Assembly: GCA_039683575.1 (NCBI GenBank)
Contig: JBDKRC010000102.1
Span: forward strand, 1-25,824
Origin: Armatimonadia bacterium
GTDB taxonomy: Bacteria > Armatimonadota > Zipacnadia > Zipacnadales > UBA11051
Reading direction: 5' to 3'
DNA length: 25,824 bases
Below the pieces are notes generated by a model. The model made no database searches. It saw only the letters and a list, made by a program, of their open reading frames with translations, and was not told the DNA's origin. The translations under genes were made by a program, and so were the position numbers. Shown here in pieces: positions 17,882 to 24,704 of this stretch. Numbering within the stretch: position 1 is the stretch's first letter; every line of letters begins with the position of its first letter.

Positions 17882-17956
17882 AGAACCTTCAGCTTGACGA
17901 CACCTTCTCCGCAGCGCCCTCTGGCACCTGCTATTGCAGTGTCCCGCAATTGACTA

Positions 17957-18014
17957 TGCCAGTAGCGCGGGCGGCTAGCCCGCATGGGCAGGCGAGCCGC
18001 CTGTCCTACTGGCA
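17957..18014. repeat. Inverted REP doublet (type D, REPIN-like)
   Basis: TGCCA-GTAGCGCGGGCGGCTAGCCCGC...GGGCAGGCGAGCCGCCTGTCCTAC-TGGCA. Confidence 0.85.
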
Positions 18015-18049
18015 CCCTGCAGATGTCACCGGGACAGCACACTAGTTTA

Positions 18050-18472
18050 TCACTCGACTGCGACGGGACAAGTCAGCGCGTCCCCATGCTGCGTAGTTTT
18101 GCGCTGCTCAGGCTCAGGCGCCTTTCGCTCCTCCGGGACCTCACACGCAAGGCTGTACATCTCGAACTCCTTGCGCCAGTACCGCGACCAGTCCAGAACT
18201 TGCACACTCTCCCCCTCACCACACAGTGACTTTTCCTCCGTCTCGCGGTGCTCTCTGGCCTCGGTTGCAAGCTGCATGAGCCTATCGCGCCAGTGCTTGT
18301 CCTCCTCGATGGCCAATGTCTCCTCCGCGTACGCTTCGATCGTCATCAGATGCTTGCGTACGCACATCTCACCGGCCGTCTCGCACGGGCAGTGCGGATC
18401 GGCCTGGTGCTCCTGGAGCAGAATCAACTCCTTGACCAGTTGGTCATACTGCCACTCGAGGATGGGTTTCAT
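18050..18472 (-). CDS. Hypothetical Cys/His-rich helical protein (putative metal-binding), 140 aa
   Basis: GGAGGTGA RBS before ATG 18472; motif LLQEH..DPHCPC.....CVRKH. Confidence 0.8.
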   Translation of the reverse strand: MKPILEWQYDQLVKELILLQEHQADPHCPCETAGEMCVRKHLMTIEAYAEETLAIEEDKHWRDRLMQLATEAREHRETEEKSLCGEGESVQVLDWSRYWRKEFEMYSLACEVPEERKAPEPEQRKTTQHGDALTCPVAVE

Positions 18473-18684
18473 TGTTATCACCTCCAACTGCCGTTTCAGA
18501 ACCGGCTGGAGGGCTCCGCAGAGCCACTGGTCCTGACACGGCCAACGCTGCAAGTACTCCCAATAATGCCATAGTAAGTGCTTCCGCAAATGGCTACTGG
18601 CACTGTTAGGATACCCATCCGAGGGCCGCGGGAATATCGGTTTTTACCCGATTTTGGGCTGCGCCGCCCCTTACCTGTTACCGG

Positions 18685-18724
18685 AAAACAAGAAGACGCC
18701 GCCGGGTCAGTCCGGCGGCGTCTT
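18685..18724 (-). terminator. Intrinsic terminator after the DUF1559 gene
   Basis: 13-bp stem AAGACGCCGCCGG/CCGGCGGCGTCTT followed by CTTGTTTT on the minus strand. Confidence 0.8.
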
Positions 18725-18751
18725 GATGATGGTGGCATTTCCGTCCTATAC

Positions 18752-19372
18752 CTACCAGCCGGGCTGGTTCCTGTCCCAAAGCCCGCCCGTGCGGTCAATG
18801 TAGGAGGTCTTGTACCACTTGGCATGACCGTCAACCATGCAGAAGTTGCCGCCCTCGTTGTGCCGCCCCGGCCGGTCAATCTGCTCCATCGTGGGATAGT
18901 TCCAGTACCCGATCCACTTCGTCCCGTCGCTGTCGCCAATGATGATCGTTTCAGCGGGGTATGCGCACTGCCCCAGGGCCATGTAGTCACACCCAACCTG
19001 CGTGGCGGCAGCGTCTCGGCTCAGGTTGTAGCCATAGCCGCCGCAGTAGCCGCCGCCTGCCGTGTAGCTGGGACATGTGAAGATCTGCGTGTTCTTGATG
19101 TAGGGTACGATCTGGTTCTGCCAGCCGTTGTTGGAGTCCTGCGGGGCGCCCGCCAGGAACCCACAATGCCACGGGAACCGCTCATCGTAGTCCTGCGCAT
19201 ACGACAGCAGCCCCAGCCCGATCTGCTTGCAATTCGACAAACACGACGACTGCCGCGCCTTCTCGCGCGCTTTGGCAAATACGGGGAAGAGGATTGCGGC
19301 GAGGATCGCGATGATCGCAATGACGACCAAAAGCTCGATTAGCGTGAACCCACTTCGTTTCATCTTGCTCAC
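18752..19372 (-). CDS. Prepilin-type N-terminal cleavage/methylation DUF1559 protein with H-X9-DG motif
   Basis: [46 protein letters not shown]. Confidence 0.95.
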   Translation of the reverse strand: MSKMKRSGFTLIELLVVIAIIAILAAILFPVFAKAREKARQSSCLSNCKQIGLGLLSYAQDYDERFPWHCGFLAGAPQDSNNGWQNQIVPYIKNTQIFTCPSYTAGGGYCGGYGYNLSRDAAATQVGCDYMALGQCAYPAETIIIGDSDGTKWIGYWNYPTMEQIDRPGRHNEGGNFCMVDGHAKWYKTSYIDRTGGLWDRNQPGW

Positions 19373-19426
19373 CTCTTACTAGGTTCGTACCCACCTTTAA
19401 TAGACCATAAACCACCCAGAAGTCAA

Positions 19427-19498
19427 GTGGGGGCGGACCGTGGTCCGCCCCCTGCATGGAGCTTCTCACCCGTATCGGCGAACCGTGGTCCGCCCGCC
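19427..19498 (+). repeat. Two type C REP palindromes
   Basis: GTGGGGGCGGACCGTGGTCCGCCCC and a decayed GTATCGGCGAACCGTGGTCCGCCC that shares the TCTCACCC flank of the copy at 642. Confidence 0.8.
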
Positions 19499-19506
19499 TC
19501 AACCCC

Positions 19507-20130
19507 CTACAGCGTATCCCACAGACACCCCGGCTGCCCGTGCGTCTGCGAGATCAGCGCGTCCATCGTCATCGCCTTCGCATGGCCATCCAGAAACGCG
19601 CAGTTGCACAGCCCATTGTGCCGCGGCACCGCCCGGAAGGGCTCATTATCGTAGTAAGGCGTGTTGTTCGGCCACCGCGTGTAAGGCGCGCCGGCCCCGC
19701 TCTCGCGCCATTGCGAGGGCGCGGCGGTGGGATTGGTGATGAACCCGTTATCATTGAGGATCACAGTCTCCGCCGGAAAAGCCACCTTGGCCATCGCCAC
19801 ACACCCCGCATACCCCAGGTTGCAGTGGTTGTGCCCATAGCCCACGGTGGTGGTGGTCGCGCTCGGGCAGACGAAAATCTGCGAATTCTTGATGTACGGT
19901 ACCGCCAGCGTCGTCCAGTAGTACGGCGCGCAATATGACGGCATCACCGTGTCGTCATAGTCCTGGCTGTACATCAGCGCCGCGTTAGCAAGCTGCTTTA
20001 CATTACTCAGACACGACGACTGCCGCGCTTTCTCACGCGCCTTGGCAAAGACAGGGAACAAAATGGCCGCGAGAATGGCGATGATGGCGATGACTACCAG
20101 AAGCTCAATCAAAGTAAATCCGCGTCGCAT
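19507..20130 (-). CDS. Prepilin-type DUF1559 protein with H-X9-DG motif (paralog)
   Basis: [40 protein letters not shown]; TGnTACAAT at 20163-20171. Confidence 0.95.
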   Translation of the reverse strand: MRRGFTLIELLVVIAIIAILAAILFPVFAKAREKARQSSCLSNVKQLANAALMYSQDYDDTVMPSYCAPYYWTTLAVPYIKNSQIFVCPSATTTTVGYGHNHCNLGYAGCVAMAKVAFPAETVILNDNGFITNPTAAPSQWRESGAGAPYTRWPNNTPYYDNEPFRAVPRHNGLCNCAFLDGHAKAMTMDALISQTHGQPGCLWDTL

Positions 20131-20378
20131 GATGGCCTCCTTGTGTCGTTTACAATCCCCTCATTGTAGCATTCGGCACCATCCCAGCCACTTCCTGCCG
20201 CCTCTCCTACTCATTCACCGCCTCGATCAGCGCCATGATATTCTCAGGCCGCGCGTCTCCCGCTCATGCCGCAAGCTGGCAACAACCCGCTCGCGATTAG
20301 TCATAGGTCTCCCTCAACACTGTCTAGTCCTGTGGGGGGCACTGACCCATACGCGCTAACTCAGGGCTCAACTAACCA

Positions 20379-20401
20379 GTAGGGCGGGCGGCTCGCCCGC
20401 C
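20379..20401 (+). repeat. Type D REP singlet
   Basis: GTAGGGCGGGCGGCTCGCCCGCC, with GGGCACTGACCC on both sides (about 20337 and 20415). Confidence 0.8.
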
Positions 20402-20446
20402 AGTTAGCGCCAATGGGCACTGACCCCCGACCCGCACCTCTACCGT

Positions 20447-20696
20447 TCACTTGGCAGGCTCCAGCGCCGTCTGCTCCAAATCCAGCAACCACAGCCCATT
20501 GGGAAATGCCAGCGCCAGCAGCCCATCATCGGTGACTACCATGTTGCTGACCTCGCCCTTGACCTTGATGCTGCCCACGCGCAAGAAAGTGGTCGCATCA
20601 AACACATCCACATGATCGCCACCGTGCACGGCATACACGCGCGAGCTGTCGGGAGGGGCCGCATGCCAACCTGGACGAGCTAACAGCCTTCGGCAA
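20447..20696 (-). pseudogene. C-terminal fragment of a YVTN/beta-propeller-like protein
   Basis: PDSSRVYAVHGGDHVDVFDATTFLRVGSIKV...VTDDGLL; no credible start, and the frame runs back into a REP palindrome at 20697-20712. Confidence 0.5.
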
Positions 20697-20724
20697 GCGG
20701 ACCGCGGTCCGCCCGCCGCCAACC

Positions 20725-21375
20725 TCACTCCCGGTCCGAATGCCACTCCTTCTCGTTCCCGGTCGCCAACTCTTCAATCTTCCGCCCGCTCAGGATCGAC
20801 TCCGGCCTCTCCTCCACGATCTTGCTCCCCGGCCTGGCCTCCGCGTCATCCATCTTGATGAGCAGCCACGATGGCTTCTTCTCGTCCCGCTTGGTGCGGA
20901 TCAGCGCAAACCCCCCGGTCAGCTTCTTGCCCTGCAACCACACCGTAGCATGCCCGCCCTCAAGCCCTTCCGCCATCGTCTGCGGCTCGTGCTTGGGGTC
21001 CTCCTGCTTGAGGTTTCGGTACACTCCCCCATCCCACACGATCACCTCACCCGCCCCATACTCCCCCTCCGGGATGATGCCCTCAAACGCCGCGTACTCC
21101 AGCGGATGGTCTTCGGTCGGCACTGCCAGATGCTTGTCCTTCGGGTCCATGGATGGGCCTTTGGGAACAGCCCACGACTTCAGCACCCCATCCACTTCCA
21201 GCCGGAAGTCATAGTGCAAAGCCCGCGCGTCATGCTTCTGGATCACAAACACCCGCGGCCGCTTCTCCTCCTCAAGCTCCGCCTCCCGCTCCGCCGACAC
21301 CGGAGCCGGCTCCGGCGTCCTGGCAAAGTCCCGCTTCTCGCGGTATTCCTCCAACGTCCCCGCACCCTTAGCCAT
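20725..21375 (-). CDS. Standalone LigD 3'-phosphoesterase (PE) domain protein
   Basis: LEEYREKRDF..TPEP, FVIQKHDARALHYDFRLE, LKSWAVPKGPS, EDHPLEY, YGAGEV.VWD.G. Start moved to ATG 21375 (GGAGG RBS). Confidence 0.93.
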   Translation of the reverse strand: MAKGAGTLEEYREKRDFARTPEPAPVSAEREAELEEEKRPRVFVIQKHDARALHYDFRLEVDGVLKSWAVPKGPSMDPKDKHLAVPTEDHPLEYAAFEGIIPEGEYGAGEVIVWDGGVYRNLKQEDPKHEPQTMAEGLEGGHATVWLQGKKLTGGFALIRTKRDEKKPSWLLIKMDDAEARPGSKIVEERPESILSGRKIEELATGNEKEWHSDRE

Positions 21376-21387
21376 ACTCCGCCTCCA

Positions 21388-21520
21388 AACTGGCAACTGG
21401 CAACTGGCAACTGGCAACTGGCAACTGGCAACTGGCAACTGGCAACTGGCAACTGGCAACTGGCAACTGGCAACTGGCAACTGACAACTGACAACTGACA
21501 ACTGACAACTGACAACTGAC
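21388..21520. repeat. Heptamer tandem repeat (AACTGGC)x13 + (AACTGAC)x6
   Basis: Counted directly: 133 bp, 19 units. Confidence 0.97.
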
Positions 21521-21561
21521 GCCCACTCATAGCCATTGTTCGCACGCCGCGACCCCTCCCC

Positions 21562-21593
21562 CTGTTTTCCGTTTTCTGCCTTCTGTTTTCGCC
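21562..21593. repeat. CTGTTTT/CCGTTTT heptamer repeat (also at 21749-21784 and 22655-22690)
   Basis: Three clusters of about 4 units, each ending in CGCC. Confidence 0.75.
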
Positions 21594-21731
21594 TCTATCC
21601 CCCACCAAACAACAAACCACATCCCGCAAACAGGATGTGGCTGTAACTTGTGCCGTCAAGGACCGGAGGGGCCGAGCTTCAGCCGGCCCAGTCGTTATCA
21701 CCGACCAACCCCTCGCCTCTCCACCTTCCCC

Positions 21732-22493
21732 TCAAACCGCCTCTGTCCCCGTTTTCTGTTCCCGGTTTTCTGTTTTCGCCGTCCTCTCCTCCCCCAGCCC
21801 CAACTCATGCACCAGCGCCCCCAGCAGGGCTCCCGCCGTCGGCGCCAGCAGGTAAATCCACCACGCCCCATGCTCCCCGGAAAACGCCGTTCCCTCGTGC
21901 AGGATCGTGGCGATCAGCCGCGGGGCCAGATCGCGCATGGGGTTCAGCGCCGCCGCCGTCATGGGCCCGATAACCATGATGACAGCCGCCACGGTGGCGC
22001 CAATCACCACCGGCGCCAGCCCGGCCGGAACCGCCGAATTCCTCCCGCTCACCTTGAGGATGACCAGCATCAGCAGCCCAGTACCGACGGCCTCCGCTAG
22101 GCCGAACTGCCACAGGGTCAGCTCAGTCGAGGGATGCTCGATCAGCCATTCCACCGAGGGCACGAAGCCGCTGGTAAAGACCGCCAGCACTGCCGCGGCG
22201 GCCAGCCCTCCCAGTAGTTGGGACCCCAGGTACAGCACAATCCGCCCCAGTGGGAAATCGCTGCGGCGAATGGCAGCCATGGCCAGAGTGACTGCGGGAT
22301 TGAGATGCGCCTCGCTCGCGGGGGCGGCCACCAAAATCCCCAGCGCCACCCCCAGACCCCAGCAGGCCGCCACTGCACCGAGACCGAGCGGATGGTCCGG
22401 AGCCACCGCCATGGCCACAGCGCCGACCCCGATGAACACGAGGACGAACGACCCGCAAGCCTCAGCCACAAATTCCCGCCGCCGGCCATTCAC
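21732..22493 (-). CDS. MIP family channel (aquaporin/aquaglyceroporin)
   Basis: AEACGSFVLVFIG, HLNPAVT, E..GT, AALNPMRD, WIY..AP..GA. Confidence 0.93.
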   Translation of the reverse strand: MNGRRREFVAEACGSFVLVFIGVGAVAMAVAPDHPLGLGAVAACWGLGVALGILVAAPASEAHLNPAVTLAMAAIRRSDFPLGRIVLYLGSQLLGGLAAAAVLAVFTSGFVPSVEWLIEHPSTELTLWQFGLAEAVGTGLLMLVILKVSGRNSAVPAGLAPVVIGATVAAVIMVIGPMTAAALNPMRDLAPRLIATILHEGTAFSGEHGAWWIYLLAPTAGALLGALVHELGLGEERTAKTENREQKTGTEAV

Positions 22494-22513
22494 TGCGCTT
22501 ACCCGCCTCTCCT

Positions 22514-22621
22514 GTGGGAGGGGCCACTGGCCCCGACGCCCCGCTCATCTCTCTTGTGGGAGGGGCCACTGGCCCCGACGCCCCACTCATCCAACTCGTG
22601 GGAGGGGTCTCTGACCCCGAC
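22514..22621 (+). repeat. Tandem array of three GTGG-type REPs (type E, 42-bp period)
   Basis: GTGGGAGGGGCCACTGGCCCCGAC at 22514 and 22556; GTGGGAGGGGTCTCTGACCCCGAC at 22598 with compensatory stem changes. Confidence 0.92.
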
Positions 22622-22631
22622 CCGCTCGCCA

Positions 22632-23564
22632 CTAAGTGGCGGCTTCCCCTCCGACTGTTTTCTGTTTTCCGTTTTCTGTTTTCGCCGTCCCCTCCCCCAG
22701 CAATCCCTCCGCCACCCGCACAATCTCCGCCGCCACCGCCTGCACCGCCGGGTGCTCCAGCGGCAGATGATCCGCCGGCAGGTCCTTCACGTCGAACCCC
22801 TCACGCGCCAGCACCTCATCCACCCGCACCGTGGCATGGGCCGCGCAGCCCTTCATTTCCACCAGCCGCGCCGCGCATGATTTTTCGCAACTCTCGATCG
22901 CAATCACATGGTCCTGCTGGACGAAAATGACATCCTCGGGCACGTCGGCATACAGCGCCGGAGCGCAGCCGAGGTCGGCTCGCTTCGGCCCGAGTTGCAG
23001 CCGCGCGGCGTACGAGGCCTGCCGCCCGATCATGCTCGCGGCGGAGGTGGTGCCGAGGCACGGCTGCAGGCAGACATGATCCCGCGCGACTCCGGCGGAT
23101 CCTTCCAGAAGGGTGGGAGTGGGCTCTGCACAGGTGGCCGGGGTCGCCCCTGTGGGAGGGGTCGCTGACCCCGACAGTCTGTCAATCTCGGCGATGATCG
23201 CCTCGGCCAGCTTCTCCGCCACCGCGAGGCCGTTTTCGGTCAGACCCTCGCGGTCCTGATTGTAGATCGAGATGCCGGACTGCCCCACAACCTGCAGAGC
23301 ATTGATGGTCGCCGAAGGGCAGAGACTCTTGCCCTCGGCGATCACCGTGCCGCACTTCTCGCGGCAGCCATTGATGACCACCAGCGGCCTGTCAGCAGCC
23401 TTCTCAAGCTCCTCGGGCACGTCTGCGATCAGGGCCCCAACGCTCAGGATCGAGGCCGCCTCCGGCCTCTGTTCCATCACCTGATGCACCGCGCGGCGGA
23501 CGATAGTGGACATCAGTTGCCCGATTCCACAGCATCCCAGCACTGCCACAGCGGGTTGATTCAT
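22632..23564 (-). CDS. Putative zinc-binding protein with two tandem DGC-like domains
   Basis: CCG...VINGCREKC and CLG...GC...AIESCEKSC. Start at ATG 23564 with an AGGAG RBS. Confidence 0.78.
   Translation of the reverse strand: MNQPAVAVLGCCGIGQLMSTIVRRAVHQVMEQRPEAASILSVGALIADVPEELEKAADRPLVVINGCREKCGTVIAEGKSLCPSATINALQVVGQSGISIYNQDREGLTENGLAVAEKLAEAIIAEIDRLSGSATPPTGATPATCAEPTPTLLEGSAGVARDHVCLQPCLGTTSAASMIGRQASYAARLQLGPKRADLGCAPALYADVPEDVIFVQQDHVIAIESCEKSCAARLVEMKGCAAHATVRVDEVLAREGFDVKDLPADHLPLEHPAVQAVAAEIVRVAEGLLGEGTAKTENGKQKTVGGEAAT
23152..23175 (+). repeat. Type E REP in frame in the DGC inter-domain linker
   Basis: GTGGGAGGGGTCGCTGACCCCGAC; encodes SGSATPPT. Confidence 0.85.
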
Positions 23565-23593
23565 GGGTTCTCCTGGTCCTGCCTCTCTCATAC

Positions 23594-23650
23594 CACAGTA
23601 GGGCAGGCGGCTCGCCTGCCCGGCGCGGGCGAGCCGCTCGCGTCACTGTG
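23594..23650. repeat. Inverted REP doublet (type D)
   Basis: CACA-GTAGGGCAGGCGGCTCGCCTGCCC..GCGGGCGAGCCGCTCGCGTCAC-TGTG. Confidence 0.8.
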
Positions 23651-23651
23651 A

Positions 23652-24230
23652 TTACTCGGACAACGCGGCCTTGAGCAGGCGCTGGACTTCCTCTTTGATC
23701 GGCACTCGCCCGGCCGATACCACCGACCCATCTATCACCAGCGCCGGGGTCAGGATTGGGCCGTACGCCGTGATCTGGTTGAGGTCTTTCACATGGGTGA
23801 TGGTGAAGCGGCCGGGGCACTCGGCGTCGGTTACTTCCTGTACGATCTCATAGAGCTTCTCGCACTTGCGGCAGCCGGGGCCAAGGACTTCGAGGGTGTG
23901 GGTCTGGACCGCCGGGGTGTCACACAGCTCGGGCAACTCGGCCTGCCGCCGGGCGCACCAGGCGGCGAGGACTTGTAGCTCGGCGGTCACGTGTTCGAGC
24001 GCGCCTTCGAGTTCTCCGATGCGATTCTCGAGGCCCTCCATGACGTCCTCGGCGGCGGGTTGGGCGCCGCCGGAGAGGAGGCGGTCGACCTCGGAGCGCG
24101 GGACGCGGTGCTGGCCTCCGGGAAGCTTGATGGAGGTCATCTTTGCAGCGTAAATATACCGTTTGGCGGTTATTTCGCTGACGCCGAGTGCTTCGGCGGC
24201 TTCGGCGAGAGTGAGGAGATCTTCAGCCAT
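23652..24230 (-). CDS. Excisionase-like HTH (HTH_17) + coiled coil + small redox-active thioredoxin (MTH895-like) fusion
   Basis: LLTLAEAAEALGVS..T.KRYI..GGQHRVPRSEV; LEVLGPGCRKC...YG.ILTPALVIDG.V...GRVP. Confidence 0.85.
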   Translation of the reverse strand: MAEDLLTLAEAAEALGVSEITAKRYIYAAKMTSIKLPGGQHRVPRSEVDRLLSGGAQPAAEDVMEGLENRIGELEGALEHVTAELQVLAAWCARRQAELPELCDTPAVQTHTLEVLGPGCRKCEKLYEIVQEVTDAECPGRFTITHVKDLNQITAYGPILTPALVIDGSVVSAGRVPIKEEVQRLLKAALSE

Positions 24231-24251
24231 GGAATAGCTTCCTTCAAACCA

Positions 24252-24296
24252 TATCAGAGTGTATCAGATGATAGCAGCCACCTGCTACGATGTAAA
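24252..24296 (-). promoter_or_regulatory. Promoter/operator of the HTH-Trx operon
   Basis: TTTACA-17 nt-TATCAT with extended TG; dyad TAGCAG-N4-CTGCTA at 24272-24287; TCTGATA direct repeats 10 bp apart. Confidence 0.65.
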
Positions 24297-24374
24297 GACC
24301 GCGGATCGGAAGATTCGAGCAAGATCGTGCCCCCTCGGCCCGACCGCAGACTGTGCATTTCGTGATTCACTGAG

Positions 24375-24535
24375 AACCCCAAAATGGCGGAAAATGGCCT
24401 CTGCGTGGCTGTTAGGGCCATTTGCGACGATTCGCAGATTTTTCGGGGCTCTGGCAGCCCCAAAATGGCACTATTCAACGGATTCCTTAAATAGCGCAAT
24501 CAGGCCTCTGCGGCCCGCAGGAGCGCGCTGGCGCG
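24375..24535. repeat. Dispersed non-coding element, copy 2 (26-bp core at 24469-24494)
   Basis: Same orientation and identical core as 2050-2075. Confidence 0.75.
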
Positions 24536-24704
24536 ATTCACCCGCCCCCTTCGGGCTGGCGGGCCCGGCCCGAAGGCAGCCCGCGATTCTCTCTGTTTTG
24601 GGACAAACTGGAGCATATCATCTAAGGAGTATGGCTCCAGACAGAGGTTTGTGAGCGCCAAACAGGAAGTCTCTCGGGTCAATATCCCATGTGCAGGTGT
24701 CACG

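Noticed and set aside
18500-18590. c-di-GMP-II riboswitch
   Set aside because: Only scattered resemblance (GGAAGC, TTGGG, CCAGTGG). The GGGCAC/GTGC pseudoknot is missing.
18752-20130. Diversity-generating retroelement or pilin cassette switching between the two DUF1559 paralogs
   Set aside because: No reverse transcriptase or template repeat. The shared N-termini differ at many synonymous sites, consistent with ordinary old paralogs.
21376-21501. N-terminal VASCQLP-repeat extension of LigD-PE in the ORF track
   Set aside because: It is a translation of the heptamer array. A good RBS precedes ATG 21375, where homology begins.
22514-22621. CRISPR-like array (24-bp palindromic repeat x3)
   Set aside because: The spacers are only 18 bp and resemble each other, the repeat is the RAYT-adjacent REP, and there are no cas genes.
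23652-24230. Prophage excisionase
   Set aside because: The HTH is fused to a thioredoxin, and no integrase or phage genes are nearby.
2050-24494. attL/attR of a 22-kb integrated element
   Set aside because: No integrase, phage or conjugation genes and no tRNA. The cargo looks native and carries host REPs, and similarity extends on both sides of both cores, which fits a dispersed family better.
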